Source: Batkoa obscura | Taxonomy: Eukaryota | Direction of reading: 5' to 3' | Length of the DNA stretch: 64,000 bases | Assembly (NCBI GenBank): GCA_030770535.1 | Contig: JASVEC010000001.1 | Span: forward strand, 496,001-560,000 | Shown here: piece by piece, positions 35,729 through 50,270 of the stretch | Layout: every line of letters begins with the position of its first letter | Numbering within the stretch: position 1 is the stretch's first letter | The notes under the pieces: model-generated | What the model was told of the DNA's origin: nothing | The model's input: the letters and a program-made list of their open reading frames with translations, nothing else | Databases searched by the model: none | Translations under genes and position numbers: made by a program

Positions 35729-37591
35729 CGTTCGTTAGATTATTAATTATTAATTATTAATCAATAAAAAATATTGTCATTAGTATTCTAATTGCTGATT
35801 TTTATAGTATAATTTTGTTTCTCCTTATTTTTAACTAGTGGTAGGGTCATAATATGAAAAGATTGTGCCATTTTATGTCTGGATTAGAACTAAGAAATTG
35901 AAACAAAAATTATAGATTATAAATTTTTATTAAGAGTTGTTTTTATTTCTATTTAAAGGCAAAACTTGCTTAAAATTCTAAATGAATTTGCTATTCTTGT
36001 GAATGATAGAGATCATTAAGCTTTCTAATTTAATAATGATAATCAAATGTCCAAACAAAAATCATAAATGATTCTAGATTAACCATTATTTTTGTGTACT
36101 TTATGTAAGGTACAACGGTTTATCTGAGTCAACTTTGGGACAAAACAAAAAGATAATTAAAAATAAGATCTAGGATTATGCTGTATATCGATAGAAAAAA
36201 CCTAATAAAAAACCAAAGTCAGTGTAGAATTAGCCCAATATCATCATTTTGTACTAATAGCACGTCATTTGACAGAATATAACCACCATCCTAGGTGTTT
36301 TAATATCAAAACCTTAATCAAATGTATTAGAATAGCTTATTCTGACTAATATATATGTGTATTAAATGCATTCGGACATTTATCGGTTCATTAACTATGG
36401 TTTAATGCCTACCACAATACACTATACGCCATATATTGTTAAGTTGTTTAATAGATATGATTAGGTAATAGTTCCAAACAAATATGAAATTAAGTTATTG
36501 GTATAGCTCATTTATATCATTTTGCTATTTGTAGTTAGTTTGAGTTATTTGTGTAAAAAGAGGCTATTTTTCTACTATTATATTTTAGATTATATTTTCG
36601 TATTAATACATAGTGGTTAAGCCAATTATTAAATATACTATTAGTTAAATTATATAATGCTCATCAGAGTACGTTTAGTATACTATATTATTTACTAGAT
36701 TACTGTCATTCAATTTTAAGGTTCACTTAATAGTTCAAACACTAAGTTATAGGGTAATCTAGAGACTCACCTTAACAGGGATATCTAAAGCTGTTTAAAG
36801 TAACTATTATATATAGTATAATGACTTTTAGTACGTTGATTTCTTTTCCCTATTAATCAATATTTTTGACATAATTAAGCTTTGTTTCTTTTTTTCTAAA
36901 TAACCTTTAAAACACTTAATACCTTAGTTAAATTGATGTTATGAAGTTTTAACTATTATTCCTACTTTTTTTTCATAGTGTTCTAACTATGCTCAAGAAT
37001 TGTATAAAAGTTCTATGAAATTATAAGCGTCTTAATTTCCATTCAAGTATCCTTTAAGCTTTATTTTCTGCTTTTAAATATTACAATATAAGATTAACAG
37101 TTGTATACCTTTTCCCCCAATAATAAGATACTTGGGAGCCTCCGTCTTTTTCAAGGTTTTCTAAAAGATAAAAAATTAACAGTTGATATATTTTGGCTAA
37201 ATATACATAAACTCCACAATATTATATTACCTTTATTTATGAAAGATTTCTAATATAAAGTAGAACTACAATTTAATATCATTCTGATTAAAATTAGATT
37301 GGTTATTTTAAGTTTGATACTATAATAACATTGTTTACAAATTTTGAGAATACCAACGTTTTATATTGAATGTTGATAAAACTTGATTTTTTATAAAGCA
37401 CAATATAAGTTTACTTAAACAAAAAAATTTATATCTAAAAAAATTATAACTTGCTGAATATAAACAAAGCTACTAAATTTTACATGCAAATCAGTTTTAA
37501 TTTTATTTTAAAGTGTTGTGAAATTTAATGCTCAGGAAAAAAGTTGTAAAGTTTTTTAGTTAACTGTTTATAATAACCAAAAAAAACAATA

Positions 37592-37696
37592 TATGAGGGT
37601 GTTTTTTTTAGCTTCATCATTTTTTCCATTTTTTAAGCGCTATTTGAGTGAAAAGATTGTTAGTAAAATTATTGAACGAAAAAATATGTCCCTATA
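37592..37696 (-). mobile_element. MITE family 1 copy between the divergent SulP genes
   Basis: TATGAGGGTGTTTTTTTTAGCTTCATC...TTAAGCGCTATTTGAGTG...ATGTCCCTATA. Confidence 0.85.
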
Positions 37697-38562
37697 TTAA
37701 GTTTCTTAGTTAAAAATTCAATAAAGCAAAAATTAAACAAATGTAAGTTAATGATTTATTATTTTTTAATAAATATATTTATGATAAAAATTATATTGTA
37801 TGTTATAGAAAATTTATACAGATTATTTTTAGCATGTTAAAAATTAACTTAGTACAGGTTATAAAATTTGAGTAATTTTTATAAAATATACCCTGGTTAT
37901 ATAAAGTATAATTTTGATATTTTATACAATTTAACTGTTGGTATACTTCAACCTATCCATATGCTGTTTTTCCACCCTATTATTTTTATAACTTACTACA
38001 CATCTGCTAGTTTTTATATAAAGCTACTAATTGTTTGGCTCATATCAATATCTTGCTAGTGGAATAAAGTACAACTTTAAAAAATTTGATTATTCAGTAG
38101 TAAAAGCGTTGAACTCAATAATACAAGTTCTCAATTTTCTTTAGAAACATAGCGTAAAATCAACAGCAATCCTTAATTTAAGAGCATTTCTATGTTTGTA
38201 GACAAAATTACACACATCTATGAGTCCTTTAGCCATGTGTTAGAAAAAAGGGAACACAACCTGGATATTAAAATAACTAGCTTTATTGAGTAATAATTTA
38301 AATAATTATTTTTATTTCTTGAATTATGAATTTATGGTACTTCGGGGTAAAATTAACATTTAAAACTGCTGTGATAGGATTTCTATATTTAAAAATTTAA
38401 AGTATAGCGAATGAATATGTTTACTACAAAACTCATTTATCAAATCCAGTAATACAAATTAGTGGAGAAAGAAAGGAAATCAAAAAATGACTCACAAGTA
38501 AATAAAGAAGTATAACTAGACATATAAATAGACAGAAGGCGGGAAGAATACATGATTAAAAA

Positions 38563-40797
38563 ATGTTGACAACTTTAAAATTTAGCGATGACATACAAGA
38601 AAGAAAATACCATGGTGATTTAACAACCAAAGAAAACGTTTGTTTAATTGCAAAACAAGCAAAGCGTGAAATATCAGACTATTTCAAATCCTTCTTCCCC
38701 ATCTTTAATTGGCTTCCAAATTATAATCGTAAATGGATATTACAAGATATGATAGTTGGAATCACCGCAGGAATCATGCTTGTCCCTTAATCTTTAGCTT
38801 ATGCAAAACTAGCTAATTTACCGTTAGCTTATGGCTTATACATCTCTTTTATATGTCTAATTTTATATCCACTGATGGGTACCTCTAGGGAAGTCTCTGT
38901 TGGCTCTACAGCCATGTTGTCTCTAATAATAGGCTCTGCTATTACTAGAATAACAAAAATTAATCCCGATTTTTCACCAGTAGATATTGCAGTTGCTTTG
39001 ACTTTCTTAAGCTCTATTATTACGGCTATTTTGGGAATATTTAAGTTAGGAATCATTTTAGATCTAATACCAAAGCCAGTAATTATGGGTTTTACTTCGT
39101 GTGCTGCTTTAACAATTATTTTAACTCAGGTGCCTATCCTCCTTGGAATTCCAAATGTATCTTCAAGTGATTCGACTACAACCGTTATTTATAACCTGTT
39201 TTCGAATATTCCGAAACTTGAATGGATAGATTTGATGTTTGGTTTGTGTTCTTTGTCATTTATATTTACTTTGAATTTCGTATCTAAAATTTTAAGTCCA
39301 AGGTACCCAGCTATGAGATTTTTAAAAGGGCTTTCAATTGGTTTAACTATGTTAATATTTACAGTCGTTTCGTTTGTGATGTTTAAAACTCGACCCGATT
39401 TTGATTTGAAAATCGTCAAAACGGTGTCCCAAGGTTTTAGTTATATAGGAACACACAACCTTGACCCCAAGCTATTAGCTGAAGTTTCTCTTGATTTGTT
39501 ACCTGTGATTTTAATTGGAGTTTTAGAACACATAGCTCTATGTAAAGCTTTTGCAAGACAAGGTGGTTATCAAATCTCATCTTCTCAGGAATTATTTGCC
39601 TTAGGAACCAGCAATTTATGCGCTTCATTCTTTTCAGCCTATCCAGCCACCGATTCTTTTACAGGATCTGCTATAGTTGCACAATCAGGGGTTCATACCC
39701 CATTGGCTAGTTCTTTTACAGGAATAGTTGTATCAATGACAATAAGTTTCCTTGCACCAGCCTTTTTTTATATCCCAAATGCTACTTTGGCTGCAATTAT
39801 TGTTGTTTCAGCTTCCTCATTGATATCTTCATACAAGACTGTCTTTCATTTATGGAAAATTCAGCCCACTGATTGTTTAGTTTTTCTGTTGGCAGCCTTG
39901 GCTACTTTTTTTGCAGGAACTGAGATTGGTATTGGGTCTTCCTTGGGCTTGGCGTTTTTGATATTAATCTATCGCATTGCACGTCCACACCTTTATTTAT
40001 TATCTCAAGTTATCAATCGAACCAATGTATTTATTGACCATAAACATCCAGCTTATGACACTAAGTTTCCATTGCCCGGTGTTTTAATTTTCAAACCTCA
40101 AGAATCTTTAATCTTTCCCAATATTGATTACTTTAAAACTTGTATTTTAGATTTGGTCCTAGAAGCTACTAAAAGCGGTGCTCCACCTACGAAATCCGAA
40201 AATAAACTATGGTGCGAAGATTTGGAGCAAAGAGGGCATAAGCTTCGTAAATTACGTGAAGAAAAGACTGGAATTGCTGCTCCAAGTGTTCATTCTTTGC
40301 CTTTCCTTAAAGCAATCATTTTGGACTTTGGCTCTGTTAATCTCATTGATTCTTCTGGACTAGAAGGTTTGTTTGATATCAGGGATACCTTATCCAAATA
40401 CGCTGGGGTAGAAGCACTCAACAGATTATCTCTAGAAAACAACAAAGAACCCGAAAAACTGGATTCTATTGAAGAAATCAATGAAGAGTTTATAAGGGGG
40501 CCACAAAATCAATTAAACGATGCTTTTTTTGAAATTCATTTTATATCCACTCATCCCCAAATACTTAAGGTATTAGAATTGTCGGGAATTACTACTCCAG
40601 TTGCTCCAATTGTTCTTCCTTCTTTAGTAAGGCATCTAACAGCAAACAATATGACAGTACAGGATAGCGTAATGACCACTTTGAGTCTTACCGCTGGGAT
40701 TGAACCTATTGTATGTAACGCTTCAGTGTTTGTGCATCTTACGGTAGGTGATACTGTTAAAAGAATATCTAAAAGGATGGCCAAAAATAGATTTTAA
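38563..40797 (+). pseudogene. SulP/SLC26 paralogue 3, in-frame TAA at codon 76 (probable pseudogene)
   Basis: Colinear with 3314-5545 at offset 35249; CCT TAA TCT replaces CCT CAA TCT at 38788-38790; GSFSRS has become DSFTGS. Confidence 0.85.
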
Positions 40798-41992
40798 TTA
40801 TACAATCAATCGGGTTTTTTAATAAATGTTCTAATAGTTTACATTATTTGCTTTTTAATATACTATCTTCCGCATTTTAATATGGATGTCATAGTTAAAA
40901 GTTAGTTTATATGGCTAAAATTGAAAAACCAGACTATTTTATACAATTGCCTAATGGCTTATACAATTTTATAAAGTGATGTTGTCTCAGAAAATTTTAA
41001 GCATTATTTTAATTCTGTACTGTTCTATTTAATAGAATCAGTATAAACTATATAGAAATACTTTTATTGTTTCAACATTTAGCTGATAATGTTTTTAAAT
41101 TTTGTTTTATAAAAATACAGACTGTTTTTACTTAAGGGGGGTACTTTTTAAAAAACAAAAAAGATAAAAAGAAATTAAATAATAAAAACAACTTAAGGTA
41201 TATATTAGTATATCCTTTTTTTTAAATAAAAATTTACATTATAAAATAAAAATTTATTCTTAGTTAAAAAAAGTAGTATAGTTTTATTTTATAGAAGTTT
41301 ATTATATTATTTTTATATTTTAAATAATATACATGTAAAATTGATTTTTTAAATTTATAGCTTTTTAAAAACTTCAAAATAAACTTTTTTGTTAGCTGGG
41401 TTATAAATTATAATTTTAAACTAATAAACATATAGAATTATATTATAGATATTTTGTTTTTAAAATTTTATTATTAAAAAAACTTTTAATGTGAATACAA
41501 ACTAGTAGTAATTTTTTTAATTAAATTGATGCTGTCTCAAAAATTTATTTTTTCAAAATCTTATTGGGGAAAAAGTTAAATTTTTGAACTTTACTGCTTT
41601 AGTATTATTAATAATTTCGTTATTTCATAATATTTTAAATAAAAAAATATTAAAGTGTTATACTATTGAGGAAAAACCATTTATAATGTTTTGTGTTTAA
41701 ATGTTTTTCTTTTTTTTAACTGTAATTTTAAAACTGCCTCCAATATGTAAAAACCTGTATAATAAAAAATGCACTCTCATTATCATTAAGTAATAAATTC
41801 ATTAAAATAGTTCGATTAAAAATTAAATTATCTAATTGAATTGTATTTAATCAAAGTAAAATATAAGGAAATCAGTATTGAGGATAGTAAAATGTTGTCT
41901 AAAAATAAAAAAAAAGTACAGTTTGTATAAAAAAATGATGTGGCTCCCATATGTAGTAGATATGCTTTTGTTCTATTTTAATTGTTAACCAT

Positions 41993-42790
41993 TTATTTTC
42001 TTTTATTAACTATAGGAAGTTGGAGGGCAGACATGAGAAGTCTGGCATTAGGATCACGGTAAGAAGTGGTATTAAAAACGATATTAAAACCGGAAATATT
42101 AGGTATCATATCATAAATAATTTCTAGATCTGGGAATAAACCTACAGCAGAAGGTGGAAACCCTAAAGCTAAGTTACCTGTACCATCTCCAGATTGAGAA
42201 GAGAAGCCTTCCCATTCTTTAATTCTTGGTAATACTACTTCTACTAATTTATCTAAAAATGAATACATAGCCCCACCAGTTAAAGTAACTTGACAACCAA
42301 CTGGCTGACCTTTTCGTAGTTTCCATACAGCTACATTGGATTTTGATACTACTGTAGTTGCTTTTTCGCCAGTAATAGATTGTAACATAAGATAAGCGGA
42401 AAGTAAAGCATATTTATTAGTAATAGCTTCTTTCATCATAAGTTGTATTTCAATCTTTTCTAATTCTGGGATATTATTTGGACCTATCAATAAATCGGAA
42501 GGTCTCTTTGGTCGAATACTACCTTTTTTATGAATGATTTTCCCATCTTCATCAAATCTAGGACCTTGAAAACTTTCTCTTTTATATGGTTGGTTTTGAG
42601 TAGCATCTACTTCTTTTCCAGGATATTGAAACTTCATGGTCATTAAATCTTCTTGTATAACATCATAATAAAAATCTTGTAATCTATTGTATCCTATACT
42701 ACCTCCACTTTTCACTTTATTCGCTGCATTACTAATGCTTCTATACCCTAATCTATGTGTCAATGGTTTTAATAGTTTTGTAAAATTCAT
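41993..42790 (-). CDS. MRPL7: Mitochondrial ribosomal protein uL5m
   Basis: LQSITG, WKLRKGQPVGCQVTLTG, FLDKLVEVVLPRIKEW, SGDGTGNL; basic presequence-like N-terminus. Confidence 0.9.
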   Translation of the reverse strand: MNFTKLLKPLTHRLGYRSISNAANKVKSGGSIGYNRLQDFYYDVIQEDLMTMKFQYPGKEVDATQNQPYKRESFQGPRFDEDGKIIHKKGSIRPKRPSDLLIGPNNIPELEKIEIQLMMKEAITNKYALLSAYLMLQSITGEKATTVVSKSNVAVWKLRKGQPVGCQVTLTGGAMYSFLDKLVEVVLPRIKEWEGFSSQSGDGTGNLALGFPPSAVGLFPDLEIIYDMIPNISGFNIVFNTTSYRDPNARLLMSALQLPIVNKRK

Positions 42791-43111
42791 TTTTTTATAG
42801 TTTTATTTTTTTAATTCAATTTAATTTTTTAAATTAGCTAGAATCATTTAGTATCATTATTATGGGTAAAATGGATTATTTTATTCTCCTTTAACCAATG
42901 GTTATCAGCTAATGTTTGACCAATTAAATTTTAACAGAATTACTAAGCTTCCTTTCGTCATCATCTAATTCAAAAGCTATAGCTTAGAGATTTTATCTTT
43001 ATTTTTATTTAATTCAACTGATTTTTTTTACGAAGCGGAGAGCAAATAAAGAAACTCGACAAAATATTACAGAAAAACAAACTCATTTTTAAAAGCAATT
43101 AAGTAAAAAAA

Positions 43112-44629
<1,518 letters not shown>

Positions 44630-45040
44630 ATTTCAAGGTTTTTTTATTAATGTTCCACTTATTTATTTAATTGAGAGTTTGTTTTACAATGGTGCTATTG
44701 ATTTATACTATTTATTATACCTATTGTGTCTATAACGAAATTTTGTTTTTGTATATTTTGTATGCGTCTTTATTTTTGATATTTGTTCTAAATACAATAA
44801 TTTAGAAGTGAGTTGTTACTCTTAACTCAAACTTTTCAAAATAATTAAACGTTTACAATATTAAAATTGAAACTTCATTTTAATTTTAAATAATGTTTAA
44901 AACTTTGATTTTTATGTTTATAACTATTCATTAATTTAGAATTATAAAAATGTTATAAAGTAAATTCTTGTTTCTTATAAGAACATAACTAGAAAAAATA
45001 AAATTATTTCTGGTTTCTAATTTTCTCATGAAATTCAATA

Positions 45041-45206
45041 TATGGGGATGTTTTTTTGGTTTCATTATTTTTTCCATTTTTTAAGCGCTATTTGAGTGGA
45101 AAGACTGTTAGTAAAATTCTTAAACAATCTTTGCGCTCTAACAATTTTTCCACTCAAATAACACTTAAAAAATAGAAAAAGTAATAAAACCAAAAACATC
45201 CTCATA
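45041..45206. mobile_element. Palindromic (fold-back) dimer of MITE family 1
   Basis: A reverse copy (45041-~45127) is fused through a short linker to a forward copy (~45138-45206), giving ~70-bp inverted arms. Confidence 0.8.
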
Positions 45207-45309
45207 TGGAGTGTGTTTTTTGTTTTAGTATTCCACCAATAATATTTTCAAATTTTACAGTGAACGTAAAATGAGCAAAAAAATAAAATAAATAAAAGCG
45301 TTCCCAAAT
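45205..45309. mobile_element. Related ~105-bp element (family 1b) sharing the TA with the fold-back copy
   Basis: TATGGAGTGTGTTTTTTG...GCGTTCCCAAAT; its reverse complement resembles 58450-58538 (…GTAAAGTTTGAAAA…TGCTGAATCAAAAAACACTCACATA). Confidence 0.45.
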
Positions 45310-46208
45310 GTTTTTTTTGATAGCTTGTGTTATTATTATTATTCAAAATTTCATAATCATGTTTTTATTACAATTTTTAAATAAACTTTTTAAAAAACTC
45401 AATCTAACAAATGAGATACCTGTATACTGAGTAAAATTCATTTCTATTTAGTTTAATTTGGTATATTAATTTTAACTTTTAATAGCTAAATTTTAAGGTT
45501 ATTAGTTAAAGTTTAGCTGTGTGTAAGTTAATATTAATATTAAAAAATAAAATTATAACGTTTAGTTTATTTTGATGACTATTTGCTTTTTATTGAACCA
45601 TTTTAATACCTCTTTTACCGTCACCTCCTATTGTATACACCATTTACTGTTAAACACATGTTTAAAAACTCCTCCATTAATCCTTTTGAAATCTTTCTAA
45701 CAAAATTAATAATTTATTACAAACTTACCATTCAACACATTAAAATTATTATTTACAATCAATAATAAATAAAACCTAAGTATCAATATAACAACCTCAT
45801 TAATTTTGATAGACGTTATTGGCTAAGCAAATTAATATAAAAACATCAAAATCTTTATTTTTTAATAAACTATTAAGCAATATTAAATGAAATTAAAAAA
45901 CACTTAGTATTGACATTAATAAGTATTATTATTCTTTTGGTTTTGTATTAATAAAGTCAATACACTCTTGTTATTTTACTTTTAAGATCTTTGAAATGAA
46001 TAACTATTGAGTCTATTTATTTAAGATAATTTATTTTGAAAGTTACTAAAAGTCTGAATAATGTGTAATGGAATATAAATTAAAAAAACAACCAAAATTT
46101 TATTATTTGATAATAATTTATAATAGAAGAAAGTAAGAAAAAGAGTGACTTCCGCTCCTAATTCGCCAGTATATAGAGTAACCTTGCCATCGAAGTGCAA
46201 CATTCTTT

Positions 46209-47354
46209 TTAAATTGTCAAAAAATGAGTATATCTCCTTGAATCTGGATGTACATTCATTTCCTTTGATTTAAAATCGTTTAACTCCATTTTAATATTCA
46301 TTGTATTTGCTAGGTTTTGTTCCAAATAATTGACCATTCTACGATCATATTCTTCCATTGAATAAGTTTCAAAGATAACAACGAATTCATTAAATCGAAA
46401 CTCTTTCGCACATTTGCTTTTACCAAGTAAGTTTTTACAATGAGTGGAGATAGTAGATAGCGAAGTACCATTAGATTTAGTATGTTTTTTAAATTTGAGT
46501 TCTTTTTTATCATTATTCACTTTTAAACAACCTTTGATATTTTGTTTATCTACTTGAACTGGTACAATTTTTCCATTTTCATTCACAATATAACGATTAC
46601 CCCCTTTATCTATAGTTTCAGATTTTGATTTTTTTTGATTTTTTAAACTCCCCCCATTTGATTTACCTATACTTTTATTAAATTTATTGGCTTCATTTCT
46701 CACATTTACAGAATGAGTTGATATATCTGAAACATCGGAAAGATCTAAACTATGTTCTGGTGAAGAGGGTGGAGAATTCAAATTATATCCACTTTTATCA
46801 TTATTCAGTATTGGTTTACTCCTTCTTAAACTTGGTTTACTATCATTGGTATCAACTACTCTTAATGAATTATTACTAGTTTGTTCTCTTAATACTTGTT
46901 CAACTACTTCTTTAGGTATTTTGACACTTTCTTTACCATTAGATTTAATACCACCAGATGATTTCACTTCAAAGGTACCCATGGATGAAGACTCTTCGCT
47001 TAATATATTACTATTATCATGTTTACCCGATTTGGGTTCTTTAACTAAACTCTTTAAAAATTTCACTGCTTTACTAAAGGAACCACGACGAAAGGATTCA
47101 AATACTGTAGTTGCTTCTTTGGAATCTAATATACTTATATCATTTGTATCTACAGATGTTAAGTTTGTATCCATAGAGCTATATTTGGCTTCCAGTTCTT
47201 GATTGTAAGTGGTTTGTTTTTCAGATGCCTCAAAGATAGGTGTTATCCATGAAAAGCGTCTTCTTCGAGATTCCAGGTTTTTTGATGAACATGGACCAGT
47301 AGTCGTATACATCTCCCCAAAACTCTCCCCTCTGGTATCCAGTACTAGAGTCAT
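46209..47354 (-). CDS. Bni4/Phactr-like PP1 regulatory protein
   Basis: C-terminal FRFNEFVVIFETYSMEEYDRR...IKMELNDFKSKEMNVHPDSRRYTHF matches the Phactr/Bni4 PP1-binding tail; SILK-like KGCLK upstream. Confidence 0.8.
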   Translation of the reverse strand: MTLVLDTRGESFGEMYTTTGPCSSKNLESRRRRFSWITPIFEASEKQTTYNQELEAKYSSMDTNLTSVDTNDISILDSKEATTVFESFRRGSFSKAVKFLKSLVKEPKSGKHDNSNILSEESSSMGTFEVKSSGGIKSNGKESVKIPKEVVEQVLREQTSNNSLRVVDTNDSKPSLRRSKPILNNDKSGYNLNSPPSSPEHSLDLSDVSDISTHSVNVRNEANKFNKSIGKSNGGSLKNQKKSKSETIDKGGNRYIVNENGKIVPVQVDKQNIKGCLKVNNDKKELKFKKHTKSNGTSLSTISTHCKNLLGKSKCAKEFRFNEFVVIFETYSMEEYDRRMVNYLEQNLANTMNIKMELNDFKSKEMNVHPDSRRYTHFLTI

Positions 47355-49353
47355 TGCTATATATTGTTGCTACTTAGTTTAATAAACAAATAAAGCTATT
47401 GTATTTGTTATTTTGCTTACTATACCTCTATAATATGAGTTTATTATAAGAGATAATAAATTAATATTAAATTAAAAGAGAAAGAAAGAATTTGATTAAA
47501 ATTTTAAAGTATTAAAAACAAAAGAATTAAAAAGAGTGTAAAAATGAAGTATTTATTATAAATAATAAATTATTATTAGAATAATTAATTTTTAATAAAC
47601 ATTTTTAGCTTCAAGATGAGTTTATGTAGGGTGGATATACTTAGTTTAATAAAAAAATTAGCTAAAGTTAAGCCTTGATATCAATTTTGACTTCTTTTAG
47701 TAAAACCTTTGGCTTTTAATCGGTTTGAAACCTTATTTTTAGACGCTTTTAACTAATTTTATTTTGAAATCACTAAGTTAGTTTTTTAAGTTAAACTCAC
47801 AGAGGTTTATTCTTCAAATTGAACTATTTAGGCTTAATCAATAATTTTTTCTTTTTTAGTTAAATAACAATAACAATTTAATATTAATAATAATTTTTTT
47901 ATCATTTATTAAATCATTTTATTTTAAATTTTATAAACAATAATTTATGTATTTAAACACATTTACTAGCTCAAGCTAAACGTTGTTTGATTCTAAAGTT
48001 TAAGCATCTTACAATGTTTATTCCTCTAAGAAATTTCAAACTAAAACTATGATAAACCTTTTTTATAAATCATTCAAATCAAGTAGTACCCACTATTTTT
48101 TATTAAAAGAATTATCTAAAAATGAGAGTTCGATTGCTTTTGTGTTTATATTAAAATTATCTAATAGTGGCTAAACTATAGTTTCTTACTTTTTGTAGAT
48201 CTTTAGTATGGAGTTAGTGTCAAAAAAAATCATTTTAAACTAAGATCTGTGATTTTTTTCTATTTTGCCTCATAAATCGTATTTTTATTTATTGGTAGGT
48301 TAACTTTACGCCTACATTCATGTTCAATTTAACTTAAAATTTGTTAGCTCAAACTTAGAACTCTCATTTTATTTTATTTTTAAGTTATTTTATTGATTAC
48401 AAAAAACTTGGCAAACTTTTTTTACTGAATAGAATTATAAGGGATTGGGTTTGAGTTATTAATACTAATAATTACTATGAAGACTTTTTAATTATATAAA
48501 TTTATCGACAACTTCAGTGGTAGTGACATTATGAGAATACTGTAATTTTTTTTAAAAATTGGTAAAAGTATATACAGTAATAAAAGCTTTACTCTAAATA
48601 AATTGATCTTTTTACACAGAATAAAGTGCTAATCAATAAAGTTTCAATATTAAATATTTAAAAGATAAAAACTAATATTGTAGTTAATAACGTACCCCAA
48701 ATAAAATATCAATCATTGATGTACTTACTAACTTAATAATCCTCATTTGAATTCGATTTATTTTGACTATTACAATCGTTAAAAAAAGCTTAATTGAAAA
48801 AGCAAATGGAATTGAGTATCTCGTACCAACCCCTTGATTGATTTAATCCCTCTCTTATCTCTCTCTTGTGTTATCGCACAATTGACTCCAACTCTCCCAA
48901 CTTTTGCTTGACCCCTTCTTACTTTTAATAGTGAAACATTTGGGGGTTTCTATCCTTTCAAAATTAAAAATAATAATAATAAGTGCAACATCTTTAATAA
49001 CTAATAAATCAAAAATAAACAAAGTATTAAATATTGCAACGAAAATTAAAACTATTATGGTTGAAACTATAATGATTTCTCTTATAAATTTCATATTTTG
49101 TTTATTTTTGATTTATTAGTTATTAAAGATATTGTATTTATTTTTCTTTTTTTTCTTAATATAGCCGTGACAGGTTGAAAATATTATATGTGTAATACAG
49201 ATAAAGTATTAATTTTATACTTTAATAGTTATTAGAAAAAAAACTATATTCATATACGAGTTTCCAATTACTACAACAAGTAACAAATAATAAATAATTA
49301 TAATAATTATAATAAAATAAAATATAAGTTCAAATGAATTTTTTATTAAATTT

Positions 49354-50235
49354 TTACTTCAATCTTTTACAAGGCTTTACTACAAATCTTTCATTAATTT
49401 CCCATCGTTGACTATCTTTCAATACCTCCATACTTTCATCTAATATTTCATCCTCCTCCTCTTCTACCAACGTCATACCTGAACTGAAAGTATCCTTTCT
49501 GCCTGGAACTGTAAAATCTTGTTCTCCTTCTTCTTCCATCATTGGTGGTGGAGGTATAATCATATTGTCAATAAATTGATTTAATAATAATTTAGGATGA
49601 GAATCAATACTTAAAGATTTATTATGTTGTTGATAATTGTTATTTATCTTGGGTAATTTTCCATAATCATTATTAAAATAATAATCATTTTCAAATGTAT
49701 CTGAAGTAATATCTCGTCTCTTTTTATCGTTAGATTCATAAATGTTATAAGATTGACTGCGGAGATGACAGGAAGATTTAGAGTGTATAGCAGGAAGAGT
49801 AGGAAGATTTGTTGATATCAAATTAGATTTCATATCTTCAATTGAAATTGTAGCTAATTTTTGTTGAATTAATTGATATTTTGGTCTTATTGGTGGTGAT
49901 GGTAATTCATTAAGTAATTTATCACAATCTATAATATAATTATCTAAACTTTTTGTTTTACGATGATTTGATTTTATTGTAGGATTAGATGAATTATTAC
50001 GCCACGGTAAATGATTTATACTTTTTGTTTGTATATGTTTTAAAGTGGAGGGATTAAGTGGTGGATAAGTATTAAATCGTAACTTTTGATCTTTTATTTC
50101 AATTGACTTTGATTTATGTAATATTTGTGATATTGGTAGTTCCTCAGATGGCATAATATTGATAATTGTTATAGAATCATCTTCTAATTGTTTATTTAAG
50201 TTAATATCGTCATTATTATTATTGTCATTATTTTG

Positions 50236-50270
<35 letters not shown>

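Noticed and set aside
38788..38790. TAA reassigned to Gln (alternative genetic code)
   Set aside because: TAA ends RPL16, RPT6 and Ral (after CAAX) at their conserved C-termini, and no other conserved gene has internal TAA.
45906..45963. Hairpin GTATTGAC...GTCAATAC
   Set aside because: Short, AT-rich and single-copy; compatible with chance.
48855..49119. Hydrophobic short ORFs (also 37868, 46021, 53765, 55108, 63535)
   Set aside because: I/L/F/K/N-rich frames are expected by chance in AT-rich DNA; no motifs.
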